From: Octopus sinensis
Lineage: Eukaryota
Assembly (NCBI RefSeq): GCF_006345805.1
Contig: NC_043007.1
Coordinates: forward strand, 38,874,001-38,938,000
Reading direction: 5' to 3'
DNA: 64,000 nt
Shown: one piece after another, positions 1 through 10,776 of the stretch
How the letters are laid out: each line of letters starts with the position of its first letter
How positions within the stretch are numbered: the stretch's first letter is position 1
The notes under the pieces: model-generated
Seen by the model: the letters and a program-made list of their open reading frames with translations, nothing else
Database searches by the model: none
Told to the model about the DNA's origin: nothing
Translations under genes and position numbers: made by a program

Positions 1-1693
1 CATATAATATTAGATACGATGTTTGTGAAGGTGAGAATGATCACATTAATTATAGGTTTCCATATTTTTTATTACAAGAAACATTTGCATTTACATATGT
101 ACAATAATTATTTAAATAGAACATTATACATGAGATAGTGAATGTAATAATTTGTTTTTTTATTTGAAAATCATTCATGGTTATTAAAGACAGAATAAGG
201 AGAATGAGTGGAAATGCTTCGACACAAAAATACCCAACAGAGTTCTGTATAGTGACTGGGGCTCTTCTGTCTAGGAGTTCACTATCCCAGCTTTTTATAA
301 CATTCAGTCAGGCTTCTAGAACATTCAGAATTATTTAGCAGGAAAATTCACAAAACTTACTTTCAAAAATATGCTGCTTGTTTAGTTCCACACCAGCCAA
401 TCTGATTGGTTGGACCATGTTCATGTAGATATTAATGCCTCTTATAGAAACACAGTTAAGATTTTGCAGCTGGCCTTTGCCTTTTATTACAATAGTTAGG
501 TTGTAGTATTAAACTGGGGATCTGAGTGGGATGATTCAAAACCAGGCAGAATCCTTTGTTGATTGGCCAAATCAGTTCTGATTAGATAAATCTATAATCA
601 AAGATGTTCTATTTGTAACCATCCTTTCATTCCCCTGCCCATACCACTCTATTTGGTGCTACATTAGATAAAATGTTCTTCTGCTGTTATAACATATGAT
701 AGGATTTAATTCAAGGGAAATTTGGCTTCTATTTCTAGGAGATTGAGTTATCACACAGAACAGTGGTTCCCAACCATTTCACAGCCATTTAATTTAAATG
801 AATTTTCTCTATGGACCCTAGGCATGTAAATATCTGTCAACTCAACAAACTTCTTTTCCCCAGTTTCATCTTTCAATTTAAATGTATCATCATCATCGTC
901 GTCATCATAATGTCTACTTTTCCATGCTTGCCTCCCAAACAAGTGGTCTCAGCCTTATGTCCACTGTGCAACTCTTGGGAGGGGGGGAACCAAAGCCTTG
1001 TGATGGCTTGACAGGCAGAAATTGAATAAAGCTTGTCATATTTTTAATCTTTTACTTGCCTCAGTTATTACACTACAGCCATACTGGAGCACTGCCCTAC
1101 CGAATTTTAGTCGAATGAAAAAAGCCCAGTACTTATTTATTTCTTTTTTAAGCCTGGTACTTATTCTATCAGTCTCTTTAGCTGAACTGCTAAGTGATGG
1201 AGACATAAACATACCAGCATCAGTTGTCAAGTGGTGGTGGGACACAAAGACATACAGATATTGTTGTATAGTAAAACTGTACCACCCCTCCCAGTAAAAA
1301 GTGGTAGTAGCCAGCCATTACAAATAGACCAGTAGCCAGTCGGAAGGTTGAGAGTATGTGTAGACTGTGTTAATAGTCATGTCTGTGCTGATATAGTAAT
1401 TATACTGAGTGGACGTTATAATGATCCAACCTCTTGAGGATGATAACACTGTACAACTGGGGGTTGTACAGTGCCAGATGGAACCAGCCTATCGATGACT
1501 TCGGAACATAACAATATCTGTCAGAGCAACAACCGTCATCAAAAGACAGATCAAACAGTGGCAAAAGACTGCTTACAACATATATACACACACACACACA
1601 CATATATATATATATTGACAAGACTAAAAATAAGGATTACTTCTAAATAGCAATAGCATTACCTTTAATTCTATAATTATATACTGCCTTTCA

Positions 1694-1778
1694 AAGACCA
1701 ACATGTTTCAATTGCACCTACTAGTAATCGTTACAATTGCAACCTTACTATAAAACGGTCCAGTCTCTTGAGGGTCTT
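1694..1778 (-). ncRNA. Degenerate type I hammerhead ribozyme motif downstream of the Penelope-like ORF
   Basis: Minus strand reads AAGACC-CUCAAGA-(56 nt stem II region)-GAAAC-AUGU-U-GGUCUU. Stem I is a perfect 6 bp, stem III is palindromic (ACAUGU), and the core has one change (CUCAAGA instead of CUGANGA). Confidence 0.45.
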
Positions 1779-1926
1779 AATTGATATCTCTTGCTATGGC
1801 CATTTAATGATTTTCTTTTATAAATTCTGCATTGTATAATGTAGAGCTGATGCAAACAATCTCTATTTCAAGTTCTAATGGGATAATCATTTTTAGTCCA
1901 TCATTTGAAAACCTTCTATAGCTTAA

Positions 1927-2123
1927 CCCTTCCATTACTGTATTTCTGTTGAGATGCTCTGTGTTTCTTTCAATTACTTTAAATATAGCAAGGAATTTAA
2001 TAAGATAACTTAGTTATCATTCAGCTAGTGTTAGGAACATATTGTGACTAAGGTTTAGTGGAAGATTTTAATTCAAAACTTATGAAAACAAGACGAGCCA
2101 GAAACGGATTGGTATCGAAAGGG
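1927..2123. mobile_element. piggyBac-type MITE
   Basis: TTAA on both sides. Ends are CCCTTCCATTAC and GGTATCGAAAGGG, imperfect CCC...GGG inverted termini. Confidence 0.6.
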
Positions 2124-2892
2124 TTAAATGAAAATTAATCATTTATACTTGGCAAATGTGGATTTCCTCATGTGCAAGCATCTCAATGCTTGCTATTGTC
2201 TAAAATATATTACATTAGCCTTGGTTATGAAAATTCTGTAAAATTCTTCTAAGTATAGGTCACATCTATTGGTTCCAAGTCTGTATGGTTTTGCAATACA
2301 AATTAATTCCCATTTAATCATATAGTCCTTATTAATTTGCTAAGACTTGTTTGGAACCTTTTATTTTTGTCCTTAAATGAACTCAAATAATTTGTCCTTC
2401 TCCTCTTGAAAATTAGTGATGTCCCATCAATATAAAAGAATTCCTTACCCTCAGCTGTAACTATACATCTATACATTACATTTCTAGTCTTACACTTATT
2501 TTCCACATAACAGGATACCCGTTTAGAGCAATTGCAAAGATAGCCTTTTATATTTCTGTCAGATTAAGTTTCAATTTGATCATTCATTGTAGAATTAAAT
2601 TCCTTTCCACCAAGTTCTTTATTACTATTAACTCCTATAGATAATGCTATCTTTGTTCTATTTCTAGGTGAACTCTTATTCGATGTGATGTTATTTATGT
2701 TAATCGGATGATCGAGAATTAACCTCAAAAAATATTTTTACTAAATCTCTTTTATTCATTTCCTTGCTTTCAGCCTTGTGCTAATGGAGGGTAATTTGAA
2801 ATGGTTTTTAGTTATTGTGCTGTTTCTAAGTACCTTTAACTATAATTATATCTATATAATTATCTGTCTGTCTATCTATCTTTCTATCCATC

Positions 2893-2931
<39 letters not shown>

Positions 2932-3626
2932 GATGGATTTCTTTTACTTTCCATCTACCAAATCCACTCACAAGGCTTTGGTCAGTCTGGGACTATAGTA
3001 CTAGACACATACCCAAGGTGCCATGCAGTGGGACTGAACCCAAAACCATGTGGTTAGGAAGCAAACTTCTTAACACACAACCACAGCTGCACTTATGTGT
3101 GTCTGTGTTTGTGTGTACCCTTGTCTTGACATCATGTACTGATTGCAAGCAAGCTTCACCATCAAATAAGTCATGCTGTTTAATTCCAAGTCTTTCATGA
3201 AAACGTGTGTAGCCACAGGGAAAATTACCTTGCTTTGAAACTGGTGAGTGTTGGCGACAGGAAGGGCATCTGGCTGTAAAAAAAAATCAGCCTCAGAACA
3301 TTCTGCCTGACTCATGCAAACATGGAAAAGGGAACGTCAAATGAAATGATGAACATTTAATATCCTTTCTGATATAGGCGCAAGGCCTGAAAATTGGTGG
3401 GAGGAGAGGTACTTAGTTTATCAAAGCCGAAAAGATGAAAGGAACGTTAAATCGGAAGAAATGCTGCTAAGCATGTTCCCAACACTCTCCCAATAGTCTC
3501 CGAGCATAGCTCAGGTATGTTGTTATCAATTCGTTTAACTGCCTGGGAATTGCATTAAAGGTAGATGTGTCTGTGAAATTTTCTGCGACTTTTATGCTAA
3601 TGTAATAATCACGGAGTTCAGTTAGA

Positions 3627-3858
3627 CAGGTGGTTCTCAACTATATTTTGTCTATGAACCCCTTTAATTTCTATTTTATTCTACTGGACTCCCATAGCCA
3701 CTGGATATTAAAAAAAAAATCTCACTATTCTTTTTATAATTAAATATTATTTGGAACTGTATAAGAAAAATAGTCAAATTGTTTTGTGTATTGGTGAAAA
3801 ATAACCAATCTATAGCACGAGCCCCAAGGGTCATGAGGACCCCAGTTGAGAACCACTG
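3627..3858. mobile_element. hAT (Charlie-like) MITE
   Basis: Termini CAGGTGGTTCTCAAC and GTTGAGAACCACTG are inverted repeats. No clear TSD. Confidence 0.55.
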
Positions 3859-4542
3859 GACGAACAACTGAATACTCATCGTCGATATAAAAGGTCCACG
3901 GTGGTGCTGATTCGACAGTATTTGAACGGACAACAAAGGGACATAACTACATACTGCTAAGGTATTTAATTTCTTACATAAGGCACAGGGACAGAAATTT
4001 TGTTGGGTAAAGGCAATTGTGGATTATATGAACCTCAGTGTTTCATAGGTATTTCCTTTTATCGACGCCCGATTAATAAAGAGCAAAGTCAATCTAAGCT
4101 GGATTTGAACTCAGAACCTAAGCAGCCAGACCTCGTCGACCAGAAAATGTTTAAACAGACATCACGAAGGGACATAACTCTGTAAGGCGTTTAATCCCAA
4201 ATAACAACATTATCACATGGCCCTTCTGCTATAATTCTATAACAATCCTGTTTACATCTGGGATGCTTTAAAGTCTAATGAGTTTAGTGTACATTATTCA
4301 TCCACAACAACTTTTTAATAAACTCCAGTACTCCTTAAATACTTGTTTGATCAATGCAGAAAGAGTTTGTATCTGCAGTCTTCGGACACAGTAGTTCCTC
4401 TGACACCGATGAGGTTGATAAGGTCAACAACGTTCCTCTTGAACAGTTACAATGTGAAGACCACAGGAAAACTATGGACAGGGAACGAATACTGGAGAGA
4501 CGATGGTGGGCCCCAGAAGAGTGGAGAAGATCTACGCAGTAT

Positions 4543-4730
4543 ATACTTCTTTACTGCCCAGAAGGGACTAAATATAGAGGGGGCAAACAAGGACAGACGA
4601 AGGGATTGAGTCGATTATATCGACCCCAGTGCGAAACTGGTACTTTATTTATCGACCCCGAAAGGATGAAAGGCAAAGTTGACCTCGGCGGAATTTGAAC
4701 TCAGAACGTAACGACAGACAAAATACCGTT
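4543..4730 (-). mobile_element. SINE family B, 5'-truncated
   Basis: Body matches the other B copies. Flanked by a 15-bp TSD AGATCTACGCAGTAT (4528-4542 and 4731-4745). Confidence 0.85.
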
Positions 4731-4946
4731 AGATCTACGCAGTATGGGCGGCGAGATGAGTGAATTGTGCCCGAATGGAGGTGGTACGAGTGTACCTAGC
4801 TCTGAAAAAGCAAGCAGAGGCCCCAGGAACTTATTCTAGCAGTGATAAGCGCAGAAGTCGATCTGTTGTTATTTAAACTCACAACGTACAGTGTCAGATG
4901 TTCATACTACAAGGGGTATTTAATGACTCTCTTCCATTCCTGTTAC

Positions 4947-4952
4947 TTTATT
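4947..4952 (-). terminator. Candidate polyadenylation signal of TBC1D19
   Basis: AATAAA on the minus strand about 140 nt after the stop codon. The hexamer is common in AT-rich DNA. Confidence 0.35.
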
Positions 4953-5089
4953 AATGTTTTAATTCTGACACATATTCATACACATGTGTGAATACGTGTG
5001 TGTGTGTGTGTGTCAAATAATCAAAATGTTATTACCATTCTATGGAAGATCTATCGATGTCTGATTAACTAAGAATCGTGCTACAGAAA

Positions 5090-6655
5090 TTATTTTGAGA
5101 ACAAGGCCAGCTGTATAAGAGGCATTATTTGCAGTGTCATCAAATCAGCAAAAACTCCTTCAGCAGCTGAAAGACTTTGCACTTTCATTAAATTACTCTT
5201 TCGGAAAGAAAATATGGCAGCTGCAAGGACAGCGAGGATCTGTAATGAGTCAAACGCAAGTATACGGTCCCACAATAATAAAACCTGATCGCAAGCAAGA
5301 CAACCAGAGAAAGCCCTAATTATCCACTTAAAGGCGATTCTCAGGGGTTGGATGCCGTGGAGTTTTAGATGAAAGAAAACTTCTGGTTCTAAAGTCTGCA
5401 AAAGTTGCTCGAACAACAGACAAATGGATAAAATGCCTTCTTCGTGAGACGAGATGCAATGGAGCCGGAAGAAAAATCTGGAATACATTTCTCTAAAGAT
5501 AAAATAAAGTTGCTCTGGTTCACTATAAAGGTAACAGAATGGAACAACATACATGGAGAAACCATGAAATGGTATAACACCACTGGGAGGAAATATCACA
5601 GACAAGTCACTGTTTCCTAGTTTGCCACGAATGTAGGATTTTGGTAAACTGCCGTTGGTTTTGTTATTGCAGGTCAGTAAAATGGTATCACGCGAAAACG
5701 GTAAAAGGACTTGATATAATAAGTCTTCGAATACAAAATACTGGTCGTCATTGCTCGCCGTCAGTTTAATGTCTTTGTAAAGTAGTTTATCAGTGAGAAG
5801 TTCGTGTTTAAACACATAATTTTTCAGTTGTTTGTAGTAAACGTAGTCAGTGTTGCTTATATCAAGGCCAAGCATTTGGCTCCAGAGTGTCCTTCGTAAG
5901 CTGACTGGACATCCTTTCTTGGAATATTCTTGTGAGACTGGAGTTAAGCCGAGAGCGATAACTTTATTACCGAGTTTTATGTTCTCATTGAAGAAGCTGT
6001 CGTTCAGGCCATCGACAGTATCGTCAATGCCTATTTGACAATGGTTTATCGAAATCCCACTATAGAATGCTCGCAATTCTGATAGGTTCCTGACTTCCAG
6101 CGCAATTTGAATTATACCCCACATACTCATAGGTCCTTCGCTGTTCCTGTTGATGTTTTGGTTCTGAATACTTATGATGGCATCAAGGAAGTCTTTTGGT
6201 GCATACACAGGACGGATGTTCGTTGGTTCACGGATGTTAGCTCCCAGTTCCGTCCATTGGCTCATCATGTGGTTGATGTCTTTTTGAGGTCTCTTGCGAG
6301 CTAAAGATATATTTTGTTCAGTACACATGGCATTCAGACTTTTAACAATTCGTCTCTCCCAATTTTGCTGTGCCTCGTACAAGTGGTCAAGTTGTTCCTG
6401 CGAAAATGTCTGTAGTTTCTGTTTCGCCGCAAGGTATCCATTTCGCTTCAGGTAATTGTAAACGTAATTACGGAGTGGACGGTCAAATTTCGTGTCTCGA
6501 AGCTTTTGATATAGTGTTGTTTTGACGTCAGACAAACGGACATTTAGTTTGATGGCTTCTTCTTGAGCTTTTGCCAACATTTCCTTATATAACATGGAGG
6601 GTTGTAACAAACGGATAATGTTCTTAGAAAGAGTTAACGTTTCTTCTGCATCCAT
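5090..6655 (-). CDS. TBC1D19: TBC1 domain family member 19 (Rab-GAP/TBC fold), 521 aa, uninterrupted coding exon
   Basis: Long open frame with motifs I recognise from TBC1D19: WERRIVKSLNAMCTE, RPVYAPKDFL, YKDIKLTASNDDQYFVFEDLLYQVLL, PKSYIRGKLG, PPSGVIPFHGFSMYV, FKWIIRAFSG, LLLWDRIL. The ORF-track start at 6733 is TTG. The first ATG (6655, context AAAATGG) aligns with the start of vertebrate orthologues as I recall them. Confidence 0.93.
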   Translation of the reverse strand: MDAEETLTLSKNIIRLLQPSMLYKEMLAKAQEEAIKLNVRLSDVKTTLYQKLRDTKFDRPLRNYVYNYLKRNGYLAAKQKLQTFSQEQLDHLYEAQQNWERRIVKSLNAMCTEQNISLARKRPQKDINHMMSQWTELGANIREPTNIRPVYAPKDFLDAIISIQNQNINRNSEGPMSMWGIIQIALEVRNLSELRAFYSGISINHCQIGIDDTVDGLNDSFFNENIKLGNKVIALGLTPVSQEYSKKGCPVSLRRTLWSQMLGLDISNTDYVYYKQLKNYVFKHELLTDKLLYKDIKLTASNDDQYFVFEDLLYQVLLPFSRDTILLTCNNKTNGSLPKSYIRGKLGNSDLSVIFPPSGVIPFHGFSMYVVPFCYLYSEPEQLYFIFREMYSRFFFRLHCISSHEEGILSICLLFEQLLQTLEPEVFFHLKLHGIQPLRIAFKWIIRAFSGCLACDQVLLLWDRILAFDSLQILAVLAAAIFSFRKSNLMKVQSLSAAEGVFADLMTLQIMPLIQLALFSK

Positions 6656-6741
6656 TTTGAGGTAGATTTTGTTTAGGTACTCCTTAAACTGTGTGGACAA
6701 ATCTAAGACGATCAACAGGTGTTTGAAGTACAAGTTGTTAA

Positions 6742-7227
6742 CTGCAGAAAGATTTCAATATTTCCGAGAAATTAAATTTTCAATGATTATTTATAAAAAC
6801 GCAATTTAAAATTATTCAATCGAATAAAAATTGTCTTTTTATAATTTCATTTTATGTTCCGAAGGAAAAATAAATTCGGTTTTACTCCGGTTCCAACAGA
6901 TTTGTAAATGCTCGTATACGTCCATCTAAAAAACCAGCGTGTCAATATTTGAATATAAGGATACTAATAATCATTGTATACACATTGTATATAATTATGA
7001 ATAGACGTGTGTGTGTGTAAATTTTCCTTATGTGGGAAATGCAGGTTCACAAAGAAGTGTACACGTCTAAAAGCCGAAATAAGTGAAAATGAAACAAAGC
7101 TCAAAGAACAGCAACGAGAAAATATAATAGACAAATCAATTGTCGTATGAATAAATAATTAGAAAAAAAAAGTCAAACATTAGAATATACTTTAAATATG
7201 AAGTCTAACCGAAGCCACTTTACTCAC
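6742..7227 (-). other. Probable 5'-UTR intron of TBC1D19
   Basis: Acceptor TTTCTGCAG| at 6742 and donor |GTGAGTA at 7227 on the minus strand. The flanks retain CpG. No transcript evidence. Confidence 0.42.
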
Positions 7228-7400
7228 ATGTTTCACAACACCGTAACGTGTATTTATTGATCTGAAATAGTCACGCTGCACCCTCCTCTTGCTCTCATGT
7301 ACACACACACACATACACATATATTTATATGTGTGTATATAATGTTTGGAGCTAACGCTTTCAGTTTCAGTCTGTAGCACGATGGAAGCTTCGCAGCGTC

Positions 7401-7414
7401 GTCACCATAGCAAC
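7401..7414. promoter_or_regulatory. RFX X-box in the putative TBC1D19 promoter
   Basis: GTCACCATAGCAAC matches the X-box consensus GTNRCC-N(0-3)-RGYAAC. It lies in a CpG-retaining stretch about 170 bp upstream of the predicted first donor. Confidence 0.55.
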
Positions 7415-7522
7415 TGAACGCGATTGCCCGACATAACACTCGCCACATATATACAGACTGGTTACGCAAACAATTACTTTCACTCCGCTTCTCTCTCTCT
7501 TTCTCACTCTCTCTCCTCTCTT

Positions 7523-7555
<33 letters not shown>

Positions 7556-8024
7556 CTCTTTGTCTCCAGCTTTCAGTATTTCATATATTTCTCGTCTATC
7601 AATATCCACCATTTATCAACTTTTATTTAGCCCCAGGCTGGCAGTGATTGAGTAAACCAATTATCGAAAGGGTTTCTAGTCGTGACCATCACATTTTAAT
7701 TTTAGTTGTAGTGTATCTAGGGCTCGCTATATTATTCAATGTGTACATTTTTCAAGACGTTGGGGTGTGCTTTGAAGAAGATTTGACAGCTATTTCCAGC
7801 AGACGAATGACCAGTTAGAGGCTTTTTCAATGGCTTGTTATTCTATCTATCTATCTGTCTGTCTGTCTGTCTGTCTGTTTTTAGTTGAGACCCTTGATGG
7901 ATGAAAAGCGAACCTGACTATGGCGGGATTTGAACTCATTCTGTCTGTTCTGCTACAATTCTAATAATATGCCAATAACACGCTATTTACAAATAGTTTC
8001 TTTTATTACAGAATGAGAACCGTA

Positions 8025-8441
8025 TACTCTTTTATTCTTTTACTTGTTTCAGTCATTTGACTGCGGCCATGCTGGAGCACCGCCTTTTAGTCGAGCAAAT
8101 CTATCCCAGGACTTATACTTTGAAAGCCTAGTACTTATTCTATCGGTCATTTTTGCTGAACCGCTAAGTGACGGTTCGCTAAGTAAACACACCAGCATCG
8201 ATTGTCAAGCGAAGTTGGGGTGGGGGTGGGAGGCAAACACAGACATATAAACATATACACACACACACATACACACATATATATATAAGGTTCAGTTTCC
8301 GTCTACCAAATCCACTCACAAGGCTTTGGTCGGCCCGAGGCTATAATAGAAGACACTTGCCCCAGGTGCCACACAGTGGGACTGAACCCAGAACCATGTG
8401 GTTGGTAAGCAAGCTACTTACCACACAGCCACTCCTACGCC
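8025..8441 (-). mobile_element. SINE family A, full length (tRNA-derived head, CORE-like centre, internal microsatellite, GAGTAAAA-type tail)
   Basis: Minus-strand head GGCGTAGGAGTGGCTGTGTGGTAAG has an A-box-like TGGCTGTGTGG and a B-box-like GGTTCAGTCCC, followed by CORE-like CTGGGCAAGTGTCTT. About 19 related copies occur in the window. Confidence 0.85.
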
Positions 8442-8662
8442 TAGATTCTATCCACCATAGCTAACAATAATAAGACTTTGACATAGAGGAGCTAAATACA
8501 AGAGAGAATTTCTTAAATGTCTAGCACAGAAGCGAACGTACATCAGATTACTTTAAGTTGTCTCTCAATATTATGTGTTCAATTTCTAGAGGTCGATTTG
8601 ACTTTTATCGCCAATTGATTCAATTGGCGATAATTCTGGTTTAGAATTCATCGTGCAAGGAC

Positions 8663-8902
8663 CTCTTTTACTCTTTTAGTTGTTTCAGTCCTTTGACTGC
8701 GGCCATGTTGGAGCACAGCCTTTAGTCGAGCAAATCGACCCCAGGACTTATTCTTTGTAAGCTTAGTACTTATTCTATCGGTCTCTTTTGCCAAATTGCT
8801 AAGTTACGGGGACATAAACAGACCACCATCAGTTGTCAAGCGATGTTGAGGTGGGGGGACAAACACAAACACACAAACATATACACACACATACATACAT
8901 AC

Positions 8903-8933
<31 letters not shown>

Positions 8934-9035
8934 TGTATATATCAATAATAACAAAGGGTAAAATTAATTAAGAAGTAATCAATAATTTCACCAAGTAGAA
9001 TTCGGCATGAAAAAGGACCATTAAGTAATAAAGTA

Positions 9036-9072
<37 letters not shown>

Positions 9073-9315
9073 ACAATAATATAAATTATTATTATTATAT
9101 GATCAAACGCCACACATCCTTTTTCTAAGTAAGTTTTATTTATATATATATACATATATATGACGGGCTTCTTTCAGTTTCCATGTACCAAATCCACTCA
9201 CAAGGCTTTGGTCGGCCCGAAGCTATAGTAGAAGACACTTGCCCAAGGTGTCACACAGTGGGACTGAACCCAGAACCATGTGGTTGGTAAGCAAGCTACT
9301 TACCACACAGCCACT
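8663..9315 (-). mobile_element. SINE family A with about 200 bp of unrelated sequence in its central microsatellite
   Basis: The 3' half (8663-8900) and 5' half (9160-9315) match family A and are separated by an AT-rich insert. Confidence 0.8.
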
Positions 9316-10136
9316 AAGATTTTAAATATATTTAAATGTTATGTCTCCAGAATGGTTTGTACTGATTGATCCATGTGGCTGCTGGTGATGGTGGTGGAGA
9401 GCTGTGGGAAATGAAAGGCAGGATGGACAAAGTGCCAGGTGAAATAAAAGTGATATTTTCTTCTTTCAAGTCCATTACTCTGAGGGATTAAGGGTATGTA
9501 GTTTTTAACGATTGAAAAAAAAAAAAAAATTCATAATTTGTCAAGCATTCAGAATCGATGAGCTTGTCGATAAATATAACAATGATGATGTCCAAGGGAA
9601 AGGCAAAGGCTGATACAACTTGACACTAGTGATGTCACAGCTCATTACTACAGCCGAGTGAACTGGAGCAACATGAAAGAAATTGTCTTGCTCAAGAACA
9701 ACATACAGCCTGGTCCAGGAAGCAAACTCACAATCATGATTGTAACTCTGATTCTCTAACCATTGAGCTATACCATCCATGTAAAGCCATGAGAAGATTT
9801 GAATTCAGAATACAAAGTGCTGTGACAAATGCTAAAGACATATGCTCTGGCATATTTACTTGTTTCAATCATTAGACCACCACCATACTGGGGCCCTGGT
9901 TTGATGAATTTTATTATAAACTCTTTTACTTTTTCAGTCAATTTACTGTGGCCATGCTGGAGCACCACCTTTATTCGAGCAAAGCGACCTCAGGACTTAT
10001 TCTTTGTAAGCCTAAAGCCTAGTACTTATTCTATTGGTCTCTTTTGCTGAACCGCTAAGTTACGGGGACATAAACACACCAGCATCGGTTGTCAAGCGAT
10101 GTTGGGGGTACAAACACAGACACACAAACACACACT

Positions 10137-10184
10137 CATATATATATATATATATATATATAACTATATATATACTATATATAC

Positions 10185-10236
<52 letters not shown>

Positions 10237-10270
10237 TATATATTATATATATATATATACATATATATAC

Positions 10271-10339
<69 letters not shown>

Positions 10340-10463
10340 CTATATATACATATACATATATATATATATATTATATACATATATACATATATATTATATA
10401 TATATATATACATATATAATATATATATATATATACATATATACATATATATATATATTACAT

Positions 10464-10509
<46 letters not shown>

Positions 10510-10657
10510 ATATAATATATATATATATATATTATATATATATATATACATACATATATATATATATAATATATATATTATATATATATATATACATATA
10601 TAATATACATATATATATTACATATATATATATATATATATAATATATATATATACA
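10137..10657. repeat. Interrupted (TA)n microsatellite, about 520 bp
   Basis: Direct reading of the sequence. Confidence 0.95.
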
Positions 10658-10776
10658 CATATTCTGTTGTGTCTGGGCAGAGTCATTCTCTTTCAGTGCC
10701 TTATTATTTAACACATTCACCGGTAAATAATAAGGCACTGAAAGAGAATGACTCTCCCCAGACACAACAGAATATG
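10658..10776. repeat. Near-perfect inverted repeat (53-bp arms, 13-nt spacer)
   Basis: 10658-10710 is the reverse complement of 10724-10776 with a single C-C mismatch (10678/10756). Confidence 0.95.

Larger units (their letters stand above)
1680..2830 (-). mobile_element. Penelope-like element 3' remnant (GIY-YIG endonuclease region plus 3' terminal region), degraded and interrupted by a piggyBac-type MITE
   Basis: Minus-strand translation gives CNCSKRVSCYVENKCKTRNVMYRC...FFYIDGTSLIFKRRRTNYLSSFK...TSLSKLI, then after a frameshift IKWELICIAKPYRLGTNRCDLYLEE. This matches the Cys-rich linker, GIY-YIG motif and C-terminal pattern of Penelope-like endonucleases. Stops and frameshifts are present. 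Boundaries are approximate. Confidence 0.72.

Noticed and set aside
361-440. Possible minus-strand exon (GINIYMNMVQPIRLAGVELNKQHIFE, GTAAGT donor)
   Set aside because: The acceptor is a weaker AAG, composition matches the background, and I recognise no homologue. Such frames arise by chance.
1447-1473. 11-bp stem hairpin CACTGTACAAC-TGGGG-GTTGTACAGTG
   Set aside because: Isolated and short, with no associated termini or other context, so it may be chance.
4354-4698. 114-aa ORF as a gene
   Set aside because: Its 3' half is the TSD-flanked SINE B insertion.
5090-6655. Intronless gene as contamination or horizontal transfer
   Set aside because: TBC1D19 is a eukaryotic family, and the gene has splice and promoter signals and is embedded among the same repeats as the rest of the window.
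6656-6733. N-terminal 26 codons of the 547-aa ORF
   Set aside because: The ORF-track start is TTG. Similarity to TBC1D19 begins at the ATG at 6655, which has a strong initiation context.
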